Source: Fonticula alba ATCC 38817
Taxonomy: Eukaryota; Protista; Nucleariida
Length of the DNA stretch: 18,351 bases
Assembly (NCBI GenBank): GCA_000388065.2
Contig: KB932215.1
Reading direction: 5' to 3' (one strand)
Shown: piece by piece, positions 7,879 to 17,400 of the stretch
How positions within the stretch are numbered: the first letter of the stretch is position 1
How the letters are laid out: each line of letters begins with the position of its first letter
Notes under the pieces: model-generated
Database searches by the model: none
What the model saw: only the letters and a program-made list of their open reading frames with translations
Told to the model about the DNA's origin: nothing
Position numbers and translations under genes: made by a program

Positions 7879-10800
7879 CCCGACTCGCGCGCTCGCCTCC
7901 TCACAGTCCAGTAGCTTGCAGGCCACCCTGGCCAAAGGCTGGGACCAGGCCCAGGGATGGGTCATCGTCGGTGTCACCGGTACGTTGCCTGGCTCCGGGC
8001 CACCCCCCCCCCCCCCCGCCACCCAGGACCCTTCCCTTTTGCCTCGGCCATCTTGCTGGCTGACACTCTGCCCCGGGTTGGCTGCGCCCTCGCCCGCAGC
8101 CATCTCCTGTGCTCTGATCGCGGCCTTCCTCGCCGTGTCGACGGACTTCCTGTCGTCCCTGCGCATCGGCTACTGCAAGGGGGCCTGGCATCTGGGCGAG
8201 TCGCTGTGCTGCCTGAATCAGTGGCCCGCTCCTGGGGGGTCGTTCGATGGGACGTCCGCCGTGGCGCCCTTCTCGCTGGAGCCACAGATCGAGCTCCACT
8301 GCCCGGACTTCATCACCTGGGCCCAGTGGTCCGAGTCCTGGGCCGGGGGGTACCTCATGTACATGCTGATTTCCGTGTGCCTGGCCGTCTCATCGGCCAT
8401 CATCGTCAAGCGGGTGAGCCCCTTCTCGGCCGGGTCCGGCATCCCGGAGGTGAAGGTCATCCTGGGGGGCTTCGTCATGCACGGGTTCCTGGGCGCCTCG
8501 ACGGCCATCCTCAAGACCCTGACCCTGGCCCTGGCCATGGCTTCCGGCATGCTGGTCGGCAAGGAGGGCCCGCTGATCCATATCGCCGCGTCGCTGGGCA
8601 ACATCTGGCCGCGCTTCTTCCCCAAGTACCACGCCAGCGAGGTGAAGAAGCGCGAGCTCATCTCGTCGGCCGTGGCGGCCGGCGTGGCCGTGGCCTTCGG
8701 CGCGCCCCTCGGCGGGGTGCTCTTCTCCTTCGAGGAGTGTTCCTACTACTTCCCGAATTTGGTCATGCTGCGGACGATCTTCTGCGCGGTGGTCGGCGCT
8801 GCTGCCATCTGGGTGCGTCGGGCTTTGCTTCTTCTTTTCTCCCCCCCCCCCCCCCCCCTCGGCCCCCGGGGTTCTGCCCGCCCGTTCCGGGGTCCCCGGC
8901 ACCCGTCGCCCGGTCCTGTCCCATGTCGTCCCCCTTCGCCTCCCTTGCTCCCCTCCCGCTGACGCCTCCATCGCGCCCGCCGCCGCCGCCTCCTCCTCCC
9001 CCTGGCGCTCCCAGGTGATTGATCCCCTGCACACGGGCAAGCTCGTCATCTTCAGCTCGGCCACCGCCACCAACGCCACGGCCGGCTGGTTGCTGGTGGA
9101 GTTCATCCCGTTCGTCGGGCTGGGCCTCATTACCGGCGCCCTGGGGGCTCTGTTCATCAAGCTGCACATTGTCATCATGCGTGCCCGGCGCCTGCCGAAC
9201 TCCTTCACCAAGCGCTTCCCCGTGACGGAGATTTTCCTGCTGGCACTGCTGTCGGCCGCCATCCAGTACCACCTGGCCTACACGCGCATTGACATGCTCC
9301 GGCTGATGGGGTTCCTGTTTGGCGGTTGTGACCCGAATCAGGGCGGCTCAGACCCCCTGGGGCTATGCAAGTGCGTGTTTTTGGGGGCCTGGCCTGCCTC
9401 GCGTCGGTCCTTTTGTCCCCCCCCCCCCCCCCCCCCCCCTGCCCCCCCTACCCCATCTGCTGCTGACCCCCGATCCCTGTGGCGCCTCACTCCAGTCTCA
9501 ACAGCGTGGGCCCCATCATCGCCGGGTTGCTGGCCACGGCGGCCATCAAGTATTGCCTGTTTGTGCTGACGGCCGGCTCGCGCGTGCCGTCCGGCATGTT
9601 CGTGCCGACCATGCTCACCGGGGCCCTGATTGGGCGCGTTGTCGGCATCCTCATGTCCTCCTGGGCCCAGTGCGTGTCGCCCGAGGACGGCTTGGGTGCC
9701 TGCCCGTTCCTTTCTTCGCCCTCTGCTGGTGTCTGACTCCTGCCCCTTCTTTTTTCTCCGGTCGCATGTGTTTGCCTGCACATGGGTGTGCGTGTTGCGC
9801 AGTGCCATGCCGACCCTCTTCATTTGGAGCTCTTGCGCATCGGACCCCTCGACGTGCATCTCGCCCGGGTTGTATGCGGCGGCTGCGGCGGCCGGCTTCC
9901 TCACCGGGACGACGCGTATTACCAGTGCGTTTGTTCTCTCTCTTCCTCCCTCTCCGTCTCCTTTCCTCTCCATCTCCTTTCCTCTCCATCTCCTTTCCTC
10001 TCCGTCTCCTTTCCTCCCTCTCTTCCTCCCCCCATCCCTCTTCCTCCCTCCCTCCCTCCCTCTCTCCCTCCCCCTCTCTTTCTCTCTTTTCCTCCGCCCC
10101 CCTCTCACCCCGGCAAATCCGACCCACAGTCTCGGCCGCTGTCATCATCTTCGAGATTACCGGCGCCGTGAACTTCCTCCTGCCGACCATCGTCTGTGTC
10201 ATCGTGGCCAAGTGGACTGGCGATGCCATCCACCGTCTGGATGTGTGCGTTGGATGCTGCCCCCCTCTCCCCNNNNNNNNNNNNNNNNNNNNNNNNNNNN
10301 NNNNNNNNNNNNNNNNNNNNNNNNNNNNNNNNNNNNNNNNNNNNNNNNNNNNNNNNNNNNNNNNNNNNNNNNNNNNNNNNNNNNNNNNNNNNNNNNNNNN
10401 NNNNNNNNNNNNNNNNNNNNNNNNNNNNNNNNNNNNNNNNNNNNNNNNNNNNNNNNNNNNNNNNNNNNNNNNNNNNNNNNNNNNNNNNNNNNNNNNNNNN
10501 NNNNNNNNNNNNNNNNNNNNNNNNNNNNNNNNNNNNNNNNNNNNNNNNNNNNNNNNNNNNNNNNNNNNNNNNNNNNNNNNNNNNNNNNNNNNNNNNNNNN
10601 NNNNNNNNNNNNNNNNNNNNNNNNNNNNNNNNNNNNNNNNNNNNNNNNNNNNNNNNNNNNNNNNNNNNNNNNNNNNNNNNNNNNNNNNNNNNNNNNNNNN
10701 NNNNNNNNNNNNNNNNNNNNNNNNNNNNNNNNNNNNNNNNNNNNNNNNNNNNNNNNNNNNNNNNNNNNNNNNNNNNNNNNNNNNNNNNNNNNNNNNNNNN

Positions 10801-11208
10801 NNNNNNNNNNNNNNNNNNNNNNNNNNNNNNNNNNNNNNNNNNNNNNNNNNNNNNNNNNNNNNNNNNNNNNNNNNNNNCCATGGTGACATCGCTTGTTCCG
10901 CCTGCCCCTTGCTCGGCACCTTCTGCCCTGCTCTCTTCTCACCTGGCCTGCCCATTTGCCCATTCTCCGCCATCGGCCCGGCCCTCGCCGCGACCCGCTG
11001 CACTCCCCGTCGGCCTTGGCATCTCCAGTCTCCGGTCATTGTGTCGGACTCGCACCCGATGCTCAGTGTCATCGACATGTTCCGGCAGCTGGGCATCCGC
11101 GTGGTGCTGGTCCAGCGGGAGGGGTCGCTCGTGGGCATCATCAGCAAGAAGGATGTCGTGCGCCACATGCTGGAGGTGCAGCGCGCCCCGCGACAGGCTC
11201 CATCCTGA
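7111..11208 (+). CDS. CLCN3/4/5: CLC-3/4/5 (Gef1)-type endomembrane Cl-/H+ exchanger; exons 7111-7719, 7907-7979, 8100-8812, 9015-9370, 9496(or 9505)-9669, 9803-9924, 10130-10244, [exon(s) lost in gap], 11029-11208
   Basis: Motifs STIDW, GSGIPEVK (Cl-selective Ser), GKEGP (gating Glu), GGVLFSFEECSYYFP (proton Glu), PSGMFVP, CISPGLYA, TRIT-ISAAVIIFEITG, KWTGDA, and CBS2 SPVIVSDSHPMLSVIDMFRQLGIR...LVGIISKKDV. All visible junctions are GT-AG and phase-compatible. The helix R Tyr and CBS1 fall in the N gap and cannot be seen. Confidence 0.93.
7845..7876. repeat. (CA)16 microsatellite in CLC intron 1, between the branch-like CTGAC and the acceptor
   Basis: Read directly from the sequence. Confidence 0.9.
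9951..10014 (+). repeat. Four tandem copies of 16-nt TCTCCRTCTCCTTTCC within a long pyrimidine tract in CLC intron 6
   Basis: Units at 9951, 9967, 9983 and 9999, differing only at the A/G position. Confidence 0.85.
10273..10878. other. Assembly gap (606 N) inside the CLC gene
   Basis: Run of N. The flanking exons imply the missing helix R-CBS1 coding sequence lies here. Confidence 0.98.
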
Positions 11209-11441
11209 TGGCCGCGAAGTGGCGGCTCTGGTTGTCCTGTGCCAGTGCCGGCCCTCCCCCCTTCCCTCCCTCCCTCCACGCTCATCCAATACAAATGAAA
11301 TCCGCACGCGCCCAAGGGGGGGAGAGGGACTCGGAGAGCATGTATTCTCCTTGTTCTAACTGACAGGGGGGTTGGGGCCAAGACGCACACACACACACAG
11401 AGAGAGGGGGGGGGGGCAGCCGGGGGCAGCCGGGGGCCGCC

Positions 11442-14400
11442 TCAGAGGGCCTGCGCCAGGGCGTCGAACACCGGCCCGAAGAGCCCGAGCAAGTGCTGCT
11501 GCCCCAGCAGCGGGACATTCTCCGGGCTGCTGCGGGGCGTCCCGGCATGCAGAGCCTCGAGTGCCCGGATCAAGGACAGCAGCAGGGCGTGTGTCTGCCG
11601 CAGGAGGGCCAGGATGCCGGCCTCCAGCCGGGGCCCGGCGCTCGGGTCGACCGGGTCCAGCTGGGCCAGGTCCCGGGCCGCGCGGCGGGCACCCATCAGG
11701 CCGAGGCGCGCGCCGCACAGGACCACCGCGCCGGCCGCGAGCCGGGCCGTGGCGGCAAAGTCGGCGGGCGGAGCTGCGCCGATGGCAGTGCGGCGGAGCC
11801 GGGGGCGACAAGGGGAGTTAGGTGGGGACATGCGGCTTCCGGACACCCCTCTCGCTGGTGGCCGGGGGCGGGGCCGAAAAAAAGAAAAGAAGAAGAGCGT
11901 ACTGCGTCCAGCGGCGGCGCCCTGGGCCGCCGCATTGAAGCGCTCGATCGAAGCCGACAGCAGCTCCACCTCGGGAGGGAATTCCCCGGGGACGAGGGAC
12001 GAAAAGGCAAACAGCTGGTTTGGGGCAGACGGAGGCGCGGTCAGGAATCGACGGGTTGCTTATGGCGGTTGTGATGGCGGCCGTGGTGGAGATGGCCGAG
12101 AGGGCGGGCACGGCTGCGATGCTGGCCGGAAGGCGGGGGAGTGGCGGAAAAGGGGGGGCGCACAATCGGATTGACCAGGTGGGCGGTCTCCACCGGGGCT
12201 GGCGAGGGGCCGGGCTGCCCGAAAGCGGCCTCGGCGTGTCGGTGCTCCATTTCGGTGAAGTCCAGGTGGCTGGCCGCAAAGAGGTCGATGGCCTGGTTGG
12301 CGATGTCCATGGCCGCATGCGGCGCGATTGCCCCGCCGAGGAATTGCCAGAGCTCCGGGTCCTGAAGCGAACGGGCCATCTATGTGGCGGGTTTTTTTTT
12401 TTTTTGGCCGCGAGCATTTTGTTTGCCCGGACGCATGCGCGTGTTAGCACCGGAGGCGGTGAGCGGCAGAGGGGGAGGCGGTGAGCGGCAAAGGGGGAGG
12501 CAGTGAGCGGCAAAGGGGGAGGCGGTGAGCGGCAGAGGGGGAATCGCCACGCGGCCGCGCGCAGGAAGACAGTACCTGGTGGGTGAAGCGCCCATACCGA
12601 TGTGCAATGCTATCGGCGAAGGGCCCATTGTGGGAGGGGTCCTCGAAGAGCAGTGGTAGGCAGTCCCCATCGTCCTGGTGTTCGACGCCGAGTGCGGACG
12701 ACTCGTGGCGGGGCTCGTGCCCGGCCAAATGCCGGGCCAATCCGGTGGCCACGCCGTCCACCACGGAGCCGAGCCCGCGCGGGGCCAGCGCCCCGAGCAG
12801 GGGCACCGCCCCGAAGAGCCCCGGCCGGGAGTCCTCGGCCGGAGCGGCAGACATGAATCCCATGCCGGCCTGCGTGGATGGTGAGCGGTCAGCAGCGAGT
12901 TGAGGCGGGGAGGAGCATGCAGCATGGGATGGGCGAACCTGCAGGAAGGACCCGAGCTTGGACTCGATGACCGACAGAGGGTCCGGGTTGTCGCCTGGTG
13001 GAGGGCAGGCGGGGTCAGGCGGTGGCAGGGGGGTGGGGGCGGGGAGCGCATGGTTGTGCCGAGGCCAGAAGGAGACTCCTGGCCAGGGGAGAGGGGGTGT
13101 GTGGGTGGCACATGGCCAGGAGGAAAGACGGGAACACGTACTGGCGGCGGCCGAGTCGAAGAGCGCCGCAAAGCGAGGTGACCCGGCGGGCCCCGGCTCG
13201 AGACCCTCGTCCATGCCGAGGTCCAGGTCATCGTGATCGGACCAGCCCCCGGCATCAGGGCCGCCGGACGTCAGGGGCAGGCCGTCGTGGTCGGACCAGC
13301 CGCTCGGGGCAGGGGCCGTGCCGCCCCCGGCGACAGGGGCCCGACCATCCTGGCCGGAGGGGAGCAGGTCGTCGTGGTCGGACCAGCCGCCAGCCACGGT
13401 GGGCCGGGCAGCATCGGCCTCGGCGGTGGGGGGGGCTTCATCGCCGGAGGGGAGCAGGTCGTCGTGGTCGGACCAGCCGCCTGCCACGGTGGACCGGGCA
13501 GCATCGGCCTCGGCGGTGGGGGGGACTTCATCGCCGGAGGGGAGCAGAACATCATCGACGTCCCACCCGTCGCCGGAGGGATCGCCGCTTGACCGGTCGG
13601 CACCGGACCCGAAGCTGTCCACGCCGTAGCTGTCCACGCGGTCGGTGCTGGTGGCGTCGGCCTCCTGGCCGTCCAGGAGGGCGTCCAGGTCGTCCGGCAG
13701 CTCAGTGTCCCAGCCACCGGCCGACCCGACGGCCACTGGGTCGGTGGCCATCCGGGCCGGGGCCGGAGAAAGGGCCGCCCAGGGACTAGCAGGCAAGTTG
13801 GCTTGGAGATCAAGCCCGGGGAGAGGTGCACTTGGTGGCCCGGTGATGCCGGTGGCCGGATCTGTCGCGGGCTGTGTGTCCATGTCGCCCAGCAGATCAT
13901 CAAGAAGGAGGTCATCGGCATCCCCCCACCCGTCGCCCAGATCCGATGGAGTGGACCCGGCGGGGCCTGGGACCAGCGATGCACTGCCATCACTGCCTGG
14001 CACCGCATCATCACTGGTGGTCTGCCCGCTGGGCGACAGGGTTGCCAGGTGCTCGGCTTCCTCAGCTGCCAGGCGTTCGGCTTCCTCGGTGGCAATGCGG
14101 GCAGCCTCCGCAGCAGCAAGACGCTCGCGCTCTGCCTCCTCGGCAGCCAGACGCTCTGCCTCTTCTGCAGCCAGGCGCTCAGCCTCTTCTGCGGCAAGAC
14201 GTTTAGCCTTCTCAGCGGCAATACGGGCAGCCTCTTCCGCGGCAAGACGTTCGCGCTCTGCCTCTTCGGCAGCCAGACGCTCGGCCTCTTCGGCAGCAAG
14301 ACGTTCAGCTTCCTCGGCAGCAATGCGGGCAGCCTCTTCAGCNNNNNNNNNNNNNNNNNNNNNNNNNNNNNNNNNNNNNNNNNNNNNNNNNNNNNNNNNN

Positions 14401-17400
14401 NNNNNNNNNNNNNNNNNNNNNNNNNNNNNNNNNNNNNNNNNNNNNNNNNNNNNNNNNNNNNNNNNNNNNNNNNNNNNNNNNNNNNNNNNNNNNNNNNNNN
14501 NNNNNNNNNNNNNNNNNNNNNNNNNNNNNNNNNNNNNNNNNNNNNNNNNNNNNNNNNNNNNNNNNNNNNNNNNNNNNNNNNNNNNNNNNNNNNNNNNNNN
14601 NNNNNNNNNNNNNNNNNNNNNNNNNNNNNNNNNNNNNNNNNNNNNNNNNNNNNNNNNNNNNNNNNNNNNNNNNNNNNNNNNNNNNNNNNNNNNNNNNNNN
14701 NNNNNNNNNNNNNNNNNNNNNNNNNNNNNNNNNNNNNNNNNNCTCGGCGGCAATGCGGGCAGCCTCTTCAGCTGCCAGACGTTCGCGCTCGGCCTCCTCG
14801 GCAGCCAGACGCTCTGCCTCCTCGGCGGCAATACGCTTTGCTTCTTCAGCTGCCAGGCGCTCTGCCTCTTCGGCGGCCAGACGTTCGCGCTCGGCTTCCT
14901 CAGCGGCGATACGAGCAGCCTCCTCGGCGGCAAGACGTTCAGCCTCCTCAGCAGCCAAGCGTTCAGCCTTCTCGGCGGCAATGCGAGCAGTCTCTTCGGC
15001 AGCCAGTCGTGCTTCTTCAGCGGCAATGCGGGCAGCCTCCTCGGCGACCAGACGTTCGCGCTCTGCCTCCTCAGCGGCCAGGCGCTCGGCTTCCTCGGCG
15101 GCAATACGGGCAGCCTCCTCAGCAGCAAGACGCTCTGCCTCCTCCGCGGCAAGACGTTCACGCTCGGCCTCCTCGGCAGCAAGACGTTCGGCTTCCTCGG
15201 CAGCAAGGCGGGCAGCCTCTTCAGCAGCCAGGCGCTCTGCCTCCTCGGCAGCAAGACGCTCGGCCTCCTCGGCAGCAAGACGCTCGGCCTCCTCGGCAGC
15301 AAGGCGGGCAACCTCTTCAGCTGCCAGGCGCTCTGCCTCTTCAGCTGCGAGACGCTCGGCCTCCTTGGCAGCAAGACGCTCCGCCTCGGCGGCAGCAGCA
15401 ATGCGGGCAGCCTCCTCAGCAGCGAAACGTTCAGCCTCAACAGCGGCAAGACGTTCGCGCTCAGCCTCTTCAGCAGCAAGACGCTCAGCCTCCTCGGCGG
15501 CGATACGAGCAGCCTCCTCGGCGGCAAGACGTGCTTCTTCAGCGGCCAGGCGCTCGGCTTCCTTGACAGCAGTGCGGGCGGCCTCTTCAGCGGCCAGACG
15601 TTCGCGCTCGGCCTCCTCAGTTGCNNNNNNNNNNCGTGCTTCTTCAGCGGCCAGGCGCTCGGCTTCCTTGACAGCAGTGCGGGCGGCCTCTTCAGCGGCC
15701 AGACGTTCGCGCTCGGCCTCCTCAGTTGCGAGACGCTCTGCCTCGACAGCGGCAATGCGGGCAGCCTCCTCAGCAGCCAAACGTTCAGCCTCCTCAGCGG
15801 CAAGACGTTCAACCTCCTCGGCAGCAATACGCTCTGCCTCCTCGGCGGCGATACGGGCAATCTCTTCGGCAGCCAGTCGTGCTTCTTCAGCGGCCAGGCG
15901 CTCGGCTTCCTTGGCAGCAATGCGGGCAGCCTCTTCAGCGGCCAGATGTTCGCGCTCGGCCTCCTCAGCTGCGAGACGTTCGGCTTCCTCGGCGGCAATG
16001 CGGGCAGCCTCTTCAGAGGCCAGACGTTCGCGCTCGGCCTCCTCGGCGACCAGGCGCTCACGCTCGGCTTCCTCAGCTGCGAGACGCTCCGCCTCCTCAG
16101 CTGCGAGACGCTCCGCTTCTTCAGCAGCAAGACGCTCTGCCTCCTCAGCGGCAAGACGTTCTTTTTCCGCCTGCTCGGATGCCTGTGGCTCGGCCGGCCC
16201 ATCGGCAGGGCGTTCCGATTGCATGGTGGCCAGATGGGTGCCCCCCTCGGCGGCCAGACACCGATCCCGCTCCAGCTCATCCTCACCCCTGTCATGGGGG
16301 GTCGCCGCATGGGGAGACTCGGCATCGCCGTCCAGGTCCAGGTCCGACAAAGTGATGTCACCCTCCCACCCGTCAATTGCCTGGAGGGGCGGCGACGTCG
16401 GCATGCCGGTCCGCACTGGGGCGGGGCTGGTGGCGCCGGCAGGGACCGGACTGCCCGCCGGGGAGGGCGCAAGGCTGGCAGGCCCGCCCGGCGCCGGGCT
16501 TGAGGATGAGCCCCAGGCAAGCGCCCCGGAGGTGCCCACAGCCCCGGGCCCATCGTCCAGGTCCAAATCCAGGTCATCGCTGATGTCCCAGCCGCCGTCC
16601 GCGGGCGGGGGCAGTCGGATGGAGGCCGAGCTTGCGGACTGGGCCTTGGGCCGAGGGCCAGGACCCGGCTCCGGGTCGGTGCCCCAGGCATCGGCATCCG
16701 CCAGCCAGTCGTCGCCGGCGTCCCAGCCGGGCGCGGGGCCGGCCGCATCGATCGCCAGGGGGGATGGCAGGGCGGCCCGAGCATCGGCCCCGGGGGAATG
16801 GGGTGTCCGGGCCGGAGTCCGGCCACCAAGCCAGGACGCATGGCCAGGCGCCTGGTCGCTGGCAGGAAGGGCGTCAGGCGCCTGTGTCAGAGGGGGGTGG
16901 CCGGCGCGCGAGCCGGGCCCGGGCTCGGCCGCGAGGCCGTCCAGCAGCCGATGCAGGCGCGGGTCGGCCTCGTGCGGGGGACCGGCCGGCCGGGTATCCT
17001 CCCCGGCCGGGGGTTCCCCCTCAAGGGCGTGGTACGCCAGGTCCAGGGTCTCATTGATGGTGCGTCCTGGACGGGGCGAAGGTGCGAAGGGGACAGGGGT
17101 GCGGGGGTGCGGGGGGGGGGGTGAGTATGGAGTCTGACAACAGTGACCAGTGGGGAGGGAGGGTGGCCACGCACCGAGGCTGCCAGCGAGGGCCGAGCCA
17201 TCGGACAGGAGCTGCGACTGAATGCCCGACAGGAGGGTGGTGCCCCAGCTGAACATGCTGCGGCCGCCCTGCTGCTTGGACTCGGGCGCGGGGTGTGCGC
17301 CGGGGGGAGCTGCCGCCGGGGGGTGGGTGCCCGGGTGGGCCTGGCCGCGAGGGCCATCGGGGGGCTGCCAGTGGGCATGCGCCCCGGGCGGCGCACCCTG

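Larger units (their letters stand above)
14041..16170 (-). repeat. Coding tandem repeat of mostly 24-bp (8-aa) [16 protein letters not shown] units, with 10-aa [10 protein letters not shown] and 7-aa EARLAAE variants
   Basis: Translation in ORFs 14338..18246 and 12444..16841. Synonymous variation between units; interrupted by two N gaps. Confidence 0.95.

Noticed and set aside
12041-12379. [13 protein letters not shown] and ORF 11442..11969 as a separate small gene
   Set aside because: The ATG at 12379 directly follows a TAG acceptor with an upstream CTAAC and is phase-0 compatible with the donor at 12575, so these are best read as the last exons of the giant gene.
14343-14742. Apparent frameshift or pseudogene across the repeat rod
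   Set aside because: The frame change falls inside a 400-N gap of estimated size; the repeat is intact and stop-free on both sides.
15530-15729. Perfect 95-nt direct repeat as a recent biological duplication
   Set aside because: The copies abut a 10-N gap exactly and are identical while other units differ, typical of an unmerged contig overlap.
12452-16170. CRISPR-like or transposon-derived repeat arrays
   Set aside because: The repeats are contiguous tandem units without unique spacers, are coding or intronic, and have no cas, transposase, TIR or LTR features; the context is eukaryotic.
13220-16730. Acidic Trp motifs as LIR/AIM (ATG8-binding) sites
   Set aside because: Most lack L/I/V at W+3 (e.g. 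WDIS, WEGD, WSDH, WDTE), so they do not fit [W/F/Y]xx[L/I/V].
4816-17174. Many introns are 3n and stop-free (144, 120, 108, 147, 69, 129 nt), suggesting programmed retention
   Set aside because: 7 of 18 measurable introns are 3n, close to the 6 expected by chance, and stop-free sequence is common at this GC content. It remains a caveat for the gene models.
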